In this document: positions 38,801-50,910 of the stretch, one piece after another
Numbering within the stretch: the first letter of the stretch is position 1
Layout: every line of letters starts with the position of its first letter
Assembly (NCBI GenBank): GCA_051362555.1
Contig: CM120647.1
Coordinates: forward strand, 1,364,001 to 1,428,000
DNA from: Lingula anatina
Taxonomy: Eukaryota > Animalia > Brachiopoda
Reading direction: 5' to 3'
Length of the DNA stretch: 64,000 bases
Notes under the pieces: generated by a model
What the model saw: only the letters and a program-made list of their open reading frames with translations
What the model was told of the DNA's origin: nothing
The model's database searches: none
Translations under genes and position numbers: made by a program

Positions 38801-40933
38801 AAAATTTACAGCGTCAAAAGAATAAAACGTTTTACATTTGATATTTTTACATATCTACGTGAAATACTGCATTGCAAAAATATTTTACACGTTTAAGACT
38901 GCTTTAAGAAACACATTAAGTTCAATCTCGAAAGATATGGATATCGTGGTCGTTGAAAATATACAGCAGAAGATCGTCGATTTCTACCATTATGACATTG
39001 AATTTTGACACAAAATTTGCGTTCGCTTTTAAAAGACTATTTCCAATTCAGCTGAGTAATGTTTGTGTTTGTGCTATTATATATGTTACGGTTTGTATTC
39101 TGTCGAGGATAAATAATGATAAATAATTTGTGCAAGTTACAAATCAGCACTTGTAAATCACTTCCTTCTTTTTACAACAACCTTTTTATTTTTTGTTATT
39201 CACCTTCGTGATACATTCCTTGGTGTCTTCAAAAGTTGTCTGATAAAAGAATAGACTCCCATAGTCAAGAACAAGACAGATACACACAAGGTCATTAACT
39301 ATGGCACGTTTTTTTTATCATGCAAACATTAAATTGCATATTCTACATGGACATGCACTCACGCGCCTTCACGCCCACATACACATGCACGCAGATAGTA
39401 ACGCGTGCGTGCGTGCATCAGCACACACACACCGATATATACGCCAATCTCCATGCACTCGCACTCATTCACACACGCACACACACACACACAGACACAC
39501 ACACACACACATACACAGTTGTATATATACATGTATATACATGAATAAGCACACACACGACAAACGCAAAATCAGCCAAACGCATGTTAAGTGCCCTTAC
39601 AGTCCATGGTGATCGTTGAAAGCAGCGAAATGCAATACGCGTAAAATGACAAGCACTTTTTCATTCTAGTTGTTTATTGTCCGATGCTTATCTTGGGAAC
39701 TCGACAAGGAAGTGCTATTACGATGAAAAATATGATGCAACTATCTCACGTTATGTGCTACTTACAGGAAATCTCCAAAAACAAACCATTTATTCAGCCT
39801 TTAAATTGACACATGTAGGCGTATTAACATATCAAAAAACCTTTTATATATAACTTATTGAAAATATTGTTTGAAATCAAAACAATGAGCATAACTATGT
39901 AGACAGGAACTATAGACACGATTAAACCGCATAATGGAACGTGCCTCTCTAAGTCAAAGATGATTTCATATAGAAACCCGAAATATAGCCTCGTGATTAA
40001 TTATTAAGAAGGACAAGGGTGTTTATTTCTTATCTTGTGTTCCATCTAGCAGACAAGCTGACATTAATATTCAGTTTGTGTGACACGGCTCTGGAGATGG
40101 CTACGACTACAGCCCGCGCCACTGAGAGCTTGATATGGAGATCATTAGTGATCTTCAGACGATCACAAGTGCAGCCAAATGTCAAGTAACGGGCGGCCTA
40201 GGCTCAAGTGTCTAAGAGCGCAATCAGAAGAGCGGACTAACAGATTCGCGGATCAAATATGGCCGATCCACGCGAATGCGTAATCCCCGCGGAGAATCTA
40301 TTCAGTGTCTAATTGGGAATTGAGCGTTAAGCTTTTTAAGAAGATCGCCATATTTGACCGGCCGATCTGATAGTCCGATGTTTTGTATGCGCTCTATTTT
40401 TTTCAAGACAAAAAAAAATCAGCGGGTTAGCTGCTGATTCAAGATGCACTATCAACGATAAAACGATGTTCCAATGTCATGCGCTTTACTGGACTTTTTT
40501 ATTATACTGTTAAATTAGACCAATTTGTTACTCCGGCACCTACTTAAAATGAATTCCGGCCAAGGGGTTGGTCCTAACTTCAAGAAAAAATTTAAAGTCC
40601 ACTTCCAGAATGTACTCATACAACTGAATATCAATTACTTCTATATCTTTGCAAAACGGGCCTTAAGACTGCATTTAGCTTTACTTAAGACTGAAGAAGT
40701 CTTATGATAATTTTCCACCCAAATGAGGCCAACTTACCTAACAGTACCGCTCCCAGCACCTCAAATACGGTCCCTAGAATGCAGGCCTGTCTTAGAGTTA
40801 ACACACGGGATCCGACAGAAGTTCCGAAAGAATTGGCAACATCGTTGGCACCAATGCCAAACGCCAAAACGAACGCCACGATGAACCCGACTATAACCAT
40901 CCATAGCAACTCTTCCGGAAATAACAGCTCCAT
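24812..40933 (-). CDS. SLC20: Sodium-dependent phosphate transporter, SLC20/PiT (PHO4) family, 549 aa, 13 coding exons
   Basis: Exons 40933-40738, 38683-38582, 29990-29850, 29582-29497, 28936-28840, 28468-28349, 27946-27875, 27685-27549, 27318-27255, 26582-26500, 26058-25931, 25452-25267, 25049-24812 total 1650 nt with consistent phases. Signature motifs [61 protein letters not shown]. Introns 6 and 8 use GC donors. Confidence 0.95.
29233..29386. mobile_element. ~155-bp palindromic MITE in an SLC20 intron
   Basis: TIR ggccccgtaactcgaaagcat / atgctttcgagttacgaagcc with further internal inverted similarity; flanks ccg/cag. Confidence 0.65.
31940..32160 (+). mobile_element. Possible SINE remnant with (CAAA)n tail
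   Basis: GC-richer block ending in a caaa/caca simple-repeat tail; no clear tRNA head. Confidence 0.3.
35905..36080. repeat. ~72-bp tandem repeat, about 2.4 copies
   Basis: aataatctttttggtaa...tcctaaccctaattcctaattttcc...gataaatagtaaa repeated. Confidence 0.7.
36974..37545 (-). mobile_element. Decayed 3' end of a CR1/L2-group LINE
   Basis: Minus-strand remnants [18 protein letters not shown] and [16 protein letters not shown] (C-terminal Cys/His motif of LINE ORF2), frameshifts, and an (ATTGA)n-like tail near 36974-36990. Confidence 0.75.
40215..40395. mobile_element. Old ~180-bp MITE with ~52-bp imperfect TIRs
   Basis: agagcgca...cggactaacagat...tcaaatatggccgatc is the inverse of gatcgccatatttga...atctgatagtccga...tgcgctct. 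Confidence 0.6.
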
Positions 40934-42954
40934 GGTTTACGTTATTCTTCGTTGCAGGGAAGTTAGAGGTTTTTAATTTCTTGATCCTGCTTTTCTTGCT
41001 TCAGCACTTGTTCAAGCGATTTGAAACTAAAAAAAAAGAAAAATGTCATCACCCAGGAATACATGCACGTGCTGCAAGGCATTGCTCCAAGCGTGTTCTC
41101 TGAAACTGCAAATGATACGCCAATGAATAGGAATCCCCGAATGATTTTTGGTTTGTTTATAGCTACTTTAACATAATCTTTTTAAGGACTGATTGTGTTA
41201 CAGTAACGCCATTTAAATAAAAACCATTCAAATAAAAGCCATTTAAATGAAAACTTCCTCACAGAAATGGACAGTTCCGAAAGAAACTGTGCGATATCTA
41301 GCCTCATTTAAAAATGATCTCCTTTAAATAGCTTTTGCCAGCCTACGCGAATGCTTTCTGAGGGGGGGTTCTACATATAGTATATAAATGAATAGTTAGC
41401 TTGCTTTTGTCACTGAGGACAAACTGGTGACAGGAAGACAGGATTTCGTGAAGTCTGGAAAACAAATGACAGGAGAAGCCACAGAGCATGATGCATGCAG
41501 AGACAGTAATGTAACCTGATACAGGGGGGGATGCCATGCCTAATCCATTAATACTATAAGAAGAAGATTTCCCGAGAAAACCCAGGGAAGTTAGTCGACT
41601 ACAGAGAAAGAAGTCAGGCGGGGGGCGTCTGTCTTAAGGACCTATCTGGTGTTTTATGCAATGCAGCTCGTTGCCGCGTCTGTGACACGTGCTCAGGTAG
41701 AGACTTGGGACATATACATGCGCAGAGTACCATAGACGGAGGGGATGTGCATGGATTGCTTGGCACGGGCTTACACGTACCATTTCTGCCAGTGACACTT
41801 GATTAATGGGGCTCTCAAACACTGTCCAACTGCCTCCATATCAACCCAGAAAAACCAAAACCGGTCATGGTCTGACTGACGTGTAGTTTAAAGTGTTGAA
41901 TTATTTGGTCAGTGTAGGGTTTATGTTTAATTAAATGATGGTAATGATAATAAATCACAATCTAAACAAGTCTTAATTCCACATATTTAAATAATTAAAA
42001 TCATATAACTATAAATTTTGTTTCATATTAGCAGTAATGACCAAAGATTTTTCAATAATTAATCATTTTATTACTTAAACAAAAAATGGTCCACTGGTGA
42101 CGTCAGCATAACTATAACCAGTTCAGGTTTGTCTTCCAGTCTGTTACATAAAGGCAGAAAGTGTAATTCGAACATCATGGTGATAAATGACAATACTAAC
42201 AAAATTATAAATAATACTGAAAATAACAAAATGTTTAGAAAATCTGTATTATTCAACCATGCCCCTCCTCTGAGCACGCAGGAAATGTCATCATCTTCAT
42301 ATTTGCTGACAATATTTGTCTAGCACACGTCAGCTTCACTTATATAATGGCATTTTCTGCTTGCCTGAATTGTCAAACAACATGGACATCTCTTACACAC
42401 CTGTAGAGCATTGCGCAAGCCACTTATTCTACATAACTTGTCTCTGTTAACGCCAGTTACTGTAGCAATACTTAAAGTTAAACTATGGAATGTAGAAAAT
42501 GATTTGTATCTGTCTCTGTATTAGTAACACCAAGAAGTTATATCTAACCGCTTAGATTGACAATTTTATGAGTATAACTTCACTAGTATATCTGTTCATT
42601 ATATAAAGATGTATATTTGTTCAGTTACAAACTGGCAACACAATTACATATTGTTATTATGTTATATTGTACCATGACATGATAAAGTATGTAGTATAGA
42701 AATAAAATAGAATTGAATAAATATTCTATAATTTTTAGTTTTTTAGTGTTTAAAATGTTGATAGGGCGGAGCACGGTGAGAGGCAATGAGGGATGCACGT
42801 GAGGGGTTCGACCCCCCCCCTCCCCACCGCCCCCGTCAGTGGTGAGAACAGGTCTTATTGTGCCGTGAGAGGTCAGATAGGGAACCGTTTGTCATGTGAG
42901 GAATTTGGCTCTTGACATATGTACAAGATGTCCTCCAAACACGCTACTGTACAT

Positions 42955-43206
42955 CAGCGGAGGATTTTTTTTATTTGGGGGGGGTATCAGGGGGAGTCCT
43001 GCCCCCCCTTTCGATGGCTGAAAGAAATCACACGAATGATCCTCTTTTGAAATTAGAAGATTGACTAGCTGAATCATAGTTCTTAACCTTACCAAATTTC
43101 ATCGTTCGCCCTCTAAAATACCAAATTTTTTCACCCTACGCCAAGGGGGGGGGGAGGGGCTATGCTCCGCGGACATCCCATGCAAATAATCCTTGATCCG
43201 CCCCTG
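42955..43206. mobile_element. CAG...CTG MITE with 5-bp TSD (TACAT), same family as 13015-13287
   Basis: cagcggaggat / gatccgcccctg ends, TACAT on both flanks, shared internal ctcttttgaaattagaa...gctgaatcatagttct segment. Confidence 0.65.
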
Positions 43207-45163
43207 TACATGTATATGTATAGAAATCTCCGCGCTTAAAAACATTGGTTGTCTGGGTTCAGAGATGTGAACAATGCATACCGTATATTGAATTTTTTTA
43301 CAGAAATGGTTTGCCTATAGTAAAGTTTTTAATTTCACTCTTTTTCCCCTTTTATAGGCTTTTTTCATGCATACCCGTAGATATAGTGAGAACGCGCTGG
43401 AATCTGTATAATTGTGCGCGTCATCAAAAAGCTGGAGGCAAAAGTTGGCCTTAGCGTTAATAAAATTTAAGATTAAAAGTGAAAAGGCATAAAATCATAC
43501 TTTTGTGCTATTGTGAAAGGGAACCCAGAGAAAGATGATACGTCCCGTCTGGGAACTTCAAGCAGACGACAATCCCGGACTGAAGATATTAATGACTTTG
43601 ATGCACATCTTCTACTGTGGTTTTTGTGGCAATAAAACAAAATAAGTGATGTTTCACTTCTACAAGAGCGATACATAAAGAAAACGGCACTTTCTAGTTA
43701 CCAGGTATACATGATCTAAGCCATATGGACGTAGGTGGGGGGAGGTTAAATCCCTCCCCACCCCCCACCCCCCCCCCCACCCCCGAGGAAAAAGAAAATA
43801 CGGGGAAAATTCAGCAAATTAAAGACAGCCTTTATTATCTGTCTTAAATTTAACAATGCCTAATAATGCTTTTTAAACAAAAATCCCAGCACACTTTCTA
43901 AAAACGCAGGACCTTCTAATTTCTTATCGCACCTGTAGGAAGGACAGATGTGAACAAACATGATTGACGGAATTTTTTTTTTTTTTTTTTTTTTTGTTTA
44001 GAGGTGAACAAATGTGATTGAAAGAAATTTCGTTTACTTGCTCAACCAACCATAAAGAGCATTTGGATCTGGATGTCTTCAGACTCTATTCACAAAAGGC
44101 ACTAAAGGTCCTAGACGGTCAAAAATGTCTTCGGTATTTTCACTCGTCCACGGCGTGTCAACTGAGCAAGTTAATGTATCAAACGTTGACGTCGTGGCTC
44201 AGGTTACAAGTGGACAGTGGTCTCGGTTTACGTAACGGAAGCACTTGTTGGTGTGTTTATATCTGTTTTCTAGTCACGGGAGAATTATAACCCCCATGAT
44301 AAAAACTTCTCACTTCTTGTTAAGGATCTTGCACACAATTTGGCGCGAAAATTCGACTTGCAATAAACTCTTAGTTTTTTATCAAAGACAAAATAGTATT
44401 TTGGGTCTTCAGTATTTTTGCAAATGGCTGACCGCATCGAATGCAAAACTTACAATTACATTTTTTAAAAATATTTTTGGACTATATTTTTCATCGACTG
44501 TTTTAAGCCCTGTGAAAGAGTTAGATGTAAAAATGCAGGAGTACTCTTGGAAGTCGAGGATTAATAGCAAGCTTTTCATAAAGAAATGAAAAAAATTAAG
44601 GCAATGATAACTAAAGTTTGCATCATAAAAATATGCACATTATAAGTGGATCTTTTCAAAAATCAATAGGTACATGCGTTTTAAAAAACATCACCCGCCA
44701 TTGTTACACTGTACTATGTTGAACAATGTTTTAATGTGATAAAAGAAAAAGTATCTTAAGAGACATTCTAAACAGGGCCATTTTTGTCATCACTGTGCAA
44801 AATACAATGACAAATATATTTCACTGATGGTTGAAGACTCACCCGCAGATTTTAACGGCTCCCCTTCTGTGCGGTGGTCGTCACTGGGCTATGTGACCAA
44901 ACAATGTTTGTGTACGACAACAAAAATGGCCACTCCTTCACAGAAAGTGCAAAGTGCCAAGTAAGAGGACTCGTACCCGAGATAAGTATCACTTTATGAT
45001 CACACAGATGGCGCTTGACTGCTTACCTTGAGATTCAATCAGGTCCTGTTATTTACGACGTTGACCACTCGGAGAAAATTGGAGACCCCCCCCCCAAAAA
45101 AAAAAAAAAAATAAATAAATAAATAAATAAATGTGCAGTCAGAAGAATGGCCACTCCACTTAC

Positions 45164-45307
45164 CTGTGATAGCTCGTCAGGGCCCGAAATTTCAACTAAG
45201 TTAGTTCTCTCTTCCGTACTGTCCGAACTTCTCACACCAATGGTCAGTTTACCAGAGTGGGCAGCGGCTCAGAAATAAGGTGGTCAGAGCGTCTGCTGCT
45301 ATATAAA
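45164..45307 (-). promoter_or_regulatory. Candidate SLC20 promoter and first non-coding exon
   Basis: TTTATATAG (-) at 45307-45299 and a cag|gtaagt donor at 45164/45163. Further donors at 45026 and 44842 suggest additional 5' UTR exons. The acceptor of the first coding exon is at 41027-41028. Confidence 0.4.
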
Positions 45308-47702
45308 CTTCTTGTGTAGAAGAAAAATTTATAATGCGTCAGCTACCTTTTTTTAACGCTGTTTAACCGAATACACAGGGCAGCGCGTCAGTTGCTATTT
45401 TTCCCCCTAGGGCTCCTCGTGGCTTGTCGCGAGCAAGTGTCACTGTGGGTTGTTTTGCGGGGATTTTAACGTTATATCCCTCGGCACGGGATGGCACACA
45501 CGACCTTGTGGGACTTCTAAGACACGATACATCAACACGGATCCCATTGTCTTAAGGATGTCATACAAATTAACCCAGCCTCGGCTTTGATTTGGAGAAT
45601 ATACTGGTAGAATTAATGCTGTTTAGCTATTGCCGTTTTAAATACAACCAAGGTCTTAGAAATCAGGGATCGTGTCTGTGAGTGTCATTCAATCAGGAGT
45701 GTCAAAGAACAGGCACGCGACATTACATCTTTCGGTCAGTTGACATTAATCACTGCCCAGGTGACGTCACGATTACGTCACAGGCCTGCTTGGCTGTTGT
45801 GTTGTACAAAGAAATGTCGCCGTGGAGAGGATGCAGTGAACGCGGGGGTCTTCATGGGTGTATTACGTCCACTGAACCAATACTAAGTCAATGATACGCG
45901 TTCGTGATTCCAAACACAGCTTGGCAACATAGCTAAAAGGGATGGGGCGAAATAGACAGGAATCAAAAGAAACCTCGTCAATAGGTATTGTGTATGGATG
46001 ATAAACAGAGCCAAGGACTCGTTTACGTGTAGGAAAATATGTCCACCGTCCATCAGGCGTCCAAGTACGTTACGCAACAGGTGGTCGTCAACATGCCAGC
46101 AGCCTCCGGGGGCTCTTCTGTCCCGGCGGAAAGATGCAGCATTTGGTCTCTGGACACTTGTACAATAGATAATATTGGTGTTGTGTAGCCTTTTATTAGA
46201 TTATAGTTCTTTCACGAAAACAAAAAACCCTGCAAAAATTATGGCATCAGCCGCATACACGCACACACACACATACATACATGAATGCACACGCGCGCTC
46301 ACAAACATACGCGTTGTAATGCACGTGTATAGATGTATGTGCAAGCTCGTACACACATACACTCACATGCATGCACACACAAACACATAGACGGACACGC
46401 ATAAACACACACGCACAAACACACACGAGCACGAATCAACTAGACTCGACCAACTTGGGAGTTATATAATGACAAGATTGCAGAGTCTAGGATACGTGCG
46501 TGCATGTGTGCTTGTTTATGTGGTAATGAATATAAAAGTACAATCGCAAAAAAATATCGTAAAATTCATGCGAAATATCTTTTTTGACATAAACGGAATT
46601 AATATGAAAATTGCACAACACAAATTAACTCCTAACTCGAAAATATTTTTCTCTGTCCCAAAGCGTCTGGGTTTTGCGGTGCCTGCGGTGTTTAATATGT
46701 AGGCCTTTCCAGCAAGGACTCTCGCTTGTCGGGGAAAGAGAAACAAACATTTATCAAACTTTTTCTTGAATAACATATTTATAAATAACACGATCTGTCT
46801 CGTTTTGATGTCATTATCAGGTAATTTTTTTGACTTTAATATAGATAAATTAGTTCTTATCATCACCAGTAGATGACTATAAACAGAGCATTCCTAATTA
46901 CCGTGAGTGGCTTCACCTAAAATAAACATGCCGTGATATAAACAATGACATATTAAAACAACAACTGCTAGCGCCCATTTTGTTACTGTCATTGCAGCTG
47001 GCGCCAGAATATGATGAATGGGGGGGGGGGGGGGGGGGGGGGGGGGGGAGGTGCAGTTGACTTCTGCCATTATGCTCTATCTTAGGTAAAGATAAATGAT
47101 ATCCCTTTCCTTTTAAACACAAACATTTTAACTGTTACATTTAAGGCGATACCAATTCCATGTTGTTTAGCATTGTTTCCAAAAAAATACACTATCCTAT
47201 ACTTGATCATGAGAAGTTCAATGGCATTTGAAAAAAACTGCGCTTTTTTACATTGTACATTGTAATTGCGAAGTTAGATGGCCTTTGGGATTTCTTAGTT
47301 GATAAAATGTATCACTTTCTGAAAAATGAAACCTGACAACCAAATGGCCTTAATTTCATTACTGCATTGGTATATTTGCTATTATGATCATTATCAATCA
47401 ACTTTAACGTATATCAAAGTTGACCTGATGCTTGCAGTTTTATTAAATTTTACAATTTTATGACGTGTTATTTCATGTACTGTTATTCTCTGTGGTAACT
47501 CGGATCCAAAGTGATTAAAATTCTGACTAATTTGCATTTGCATATTTAGTAAATAAGAATGTTATTTTCTCTTCATTATCTCATTGTGTCGGTGAGTACA
47601 GTCGCATATCAACTAACACATTCCTTAATGACCAGAGGACAAGGTGTTGCATCATAAAAGTCATGAAAAATATAAAAGATACAACATCATAGAAATTATG
47701 AC

Positions 47703-47774
47703 AGCAGAGTGGCGCAGTGGAAGCGTGCGGGGCCCATAACCCCGAGGTCCTAGGATCGAAACCTAGCTCTGCTA
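47703..47774 (+). tRNA. tRNA-iMet: Initiator tRNA-Met (CAT)
   Basis: AGCAGAGTGGCGCAGTGGAAGCGTGCGGGGCCCATAACCCCGAGGTCCTAGGATCGAAACCTAGCTCTGCTA: A1:U72 pair, three G:C pairs closing the anticodon stem, ATCGAAA T-loop (A54/A60), all stems paired. T5 Pol III terminator at 47780-47784. Confidence 0.96.
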
Positions 47775-48539
47775 AAAAATTTTTCCTTTCACATTGGTCC
47801 GCTTCATCTCTTCAAAATAATTTTAACTCAGGCTTTGTATTGACCGGTGCGCAGTTTGATCGAATTGCAGCGGCCCATTTATTGGGGGTGGTGTCAGGGA
47901 ACCCCGACCCCCCCTCTTTGATTTGTAAAAAAATCACACCAATGGTCCCCTCTTGAAATTAGAATTTTGGCTGAATCAAAGTTATAAACCGTATTACCTT
48001 GTAAATAGCCCTTCAGCGCGCCCCGAACCACACACCAAGAGGGAGTAGGCGCGTAGGCTTTGCATCCGCGGACCGTGGCAGGGCAAGTTGGTCTTAGGAT
48101 CGGAGCAAGTTGGCACTCTACTGGTATACTTAAATGCAGTGAATATCTATATAGTAATAGCAGATCAGCCGAGGACCCCTTTTCACGTTTTTCATCCAAA
48201 CTACAACTGTTAACAACTGACAAGTGTTAGCAATACCTAAGAGCAGTGGGAAGATGGTGGTCCTAGTTTGAATTTAATCATGAGTGTTAAAAGTATATTT
48301 TGGAGACATTTTCTAGCCTTTGGCAATTCCCGTAAAGTTTTGGCATGTGTGACAGGTGTCATATATTGTTAATAACACTACGTCAGATAGCAAGATTTGC
48401 TGCAGGCCCGTAGCCGGGGTTGGGGTGGGGGTGGGGGCTTCATGGGGTTCGACGTAGCCGCAATTTTCTCTGGGAAATTGTCCGCTTTGAACCAAAATTT
48501 GATCTAGAATATATGTCCTGTTTTCATTTCGGTCAACTT

Positions 48540-48616
48540 CGGCTGGCCAAGTGGTAATATCTGTGGCTTCTAAACACGGCGGAGTGGATTCTATTCCTAC
48601 TCAGTCCGTTTTTTTC
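48540..48616 (+). pseudogene. Degenerate tRNA-like sequence (pseudogene or SINE head)
   Basis: A-box-like tggccaagtgg, cttctaa loop, B-box-like ggattctattcc, then a T run; stems are poor. Confidence 0.35.
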
Positions 48617-48633
48617 TTTGATTTATCATCAAA

Positions 48634-48877
48634 TTAAACAGAATAATTTATAGGAACTAACGTGCTTTGTATTGATTAAATACACGAAGTAATGTAGAAA
48701 GCTTTTACACTAACACGGAAAACAATTTTAATTTTCTATTACAGCTAAATAGCATAGCTAAAACATTAACCCCAGCTACCTGTAAGTGAAGAAATAATGG
48801 CAGCTTAGATTAAATCAGCTGGTTTTCTCTCTTTATGCCCTCCGACTTAGAGCTGGCACATGTGGAAACTATCGAAT
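48634..48877 (+). repeat. ~245-bp direct repeat, copy 1
   Basis: Highly similar to 61756-62006 (ttaaacagaataatttataggaact...ggcacatg.ggaaa..atcgaat). Confidence 0.9.
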
Positions 48878-50910
48878 AACTTTCAATTTAATGAATAATT
48901 GCACTGAATTTCAGTGTAACAATTTCCATTAAAGAATTAACTTATCTATAGGCTCCGACATGACTTCAAATCCGACTCAGTCTTTCACGTGCACAGAGAA
49001 GCATAACAGAACATCTTCACATCAGTTCCAACTCTAAAGTGTGTTTATTCCACACAAGCATTCAAATTTTATACACATTATCTACAGGGAATCTATGCGT
49101 ACAAGTGGCGGCTACTTATTTACATACTAATTGTTGTGCAATATTAACGGTGATATGTCTATCAGTCCGGTGGCTTAGGAAAAATTCGTGACACGGCGGA
49201 TAAAAGCACCAAATTTGGCATGTAGTTACCATTTGACATTCTAAATGAAATTACAGCCGTAGCCCTCTCAAACAATTTACTGTTTGGTCAAAAAATACAA
49301 AATGGCCACCAATGTATGGAATCCTATAGAAATATGTTAATACATGTACATGTAGCATGTTGATTTTTATCAAATAAATTATTTTCTCAAAGTTTTCGAT
49401 ACCCTAATTACCCATTTTATTCATATATGTCAGATAGCAAACAAGTTCCCTTGGACTTTTTGAAAAGATCCTAAAGGGCTAATATGCCATAGGAATACTA
49501 GTGCACAACTAATAACAGCTAGAATGATACGTTGTCCACTATCTAATTAAGTCTGTTTCTCATATTTTTGTTACCCACATAATATGTTTGTGGTGAGTAA
49601 CTACGAAGTGTTCTTGGGCATTTTGAAAAATCCAAGATGACTGCCACGTGCCACAAGAATTCTAGTATACGGAGGATTCAACTAATGGCAACTGAAAAGA
49701 TTAATTTTCCACTATCAAATTAAGTTTATTAAGCTTTAAGAGTGTTTTCCACATCCTTTCCACCCACACAATATGTATGTGGTTAGTAACTAACATGTAT
49801 TCTTGGGCATTCTGAGAAAATCCAAGATGGCCGCGATATGTCATAGGAATCTTCTAGTATTACAAAGGGTTAGAACTAATGCCAGATAGGAAAAACATAA
49901 TTTACTATCAAATCCAGTTTATTTTTTCATTATTATTCAGTTTATATTTACATTATCATTACACTGTGATACATATCTAGCAGGTAATAAATGTGCATAT
50001 TTGGTCATTTAAAAAAATCCAAGATGGCCGTCATTGGCCATAGGAATACTACCGGAATTAAAACAAGCGCATTAATGCAGACGCAGACGTAAGTTGCGAG
50101 TTTTTGTACAGTGCGTCGGATAACGAAAAGCCCAGGATGGCACACATTGTGGATATTAATGTATTTTTAACAAAAAGACGAATATATCTCATGAATCTTA
50201 TATAGTGTTGTTGTTGTCTGCTTTTCCCGCGGTTTTAAGTAGGTCAACAGTGACTATGCGATGTCAGAGAGAGCTCCGTCAGTTAAAATCTCTTAAGAGA
50301 TTTTAACAAAAAACCGTACGTTTAGAAAAAAAACCCTGGATTAACTTTGAATGCAGGAATGGGGTCGCTGACCATTGGTAAGTACGGGAAAATTGCCGTT
50401 TACTCCAGGAAAATCCAATTTTTGGCCAAAATGAAGAGTTATTATGACTTTAACATGGGTTTGTTTAAAAACAATTTACGTTTTTAATTCCATTCATTAT
50501 TACCCCTATGATGTATACCTTGCCTGTAGCATGTGTGTATCTTTGGGTATTCTGAAAAAAAATTCAAGATGTCTGCCTTTTGTCATTAGAATATTCGTAC
50601 ACATAATCAAATAATGCAGGAGATACTGTGAGTACAATTTAAATGTTGTTAACTTTAGATTGTTTTTAAATATTTTACCTTTCATATCCTATTTATCCTT
50701 ATGAAAGACTCTGGGTGTGTAGAAAGTGTATGTATCCTTGAGTACTATTCGGAGAAAACCCAAGATAGCTGCCAGTTGTCATAGGAATATATCATTCATA
50801 TGCACATACATGTAGGTGTCAATTAATGGAACAGTTCAGACATTGATTCCAACATGAAATAAAGCCGTTTGATGTTCAAACATGTTAACATCCTTATTAA
50901 CCTTACTCTT

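Noticed and set aside
48878-49162. Near-equal spacing (285 vs 286 bp) between each direct repeat and the outer element end
   Set aside because: The two spacers share no sequence similarity in either orientation; treated as coincidence.
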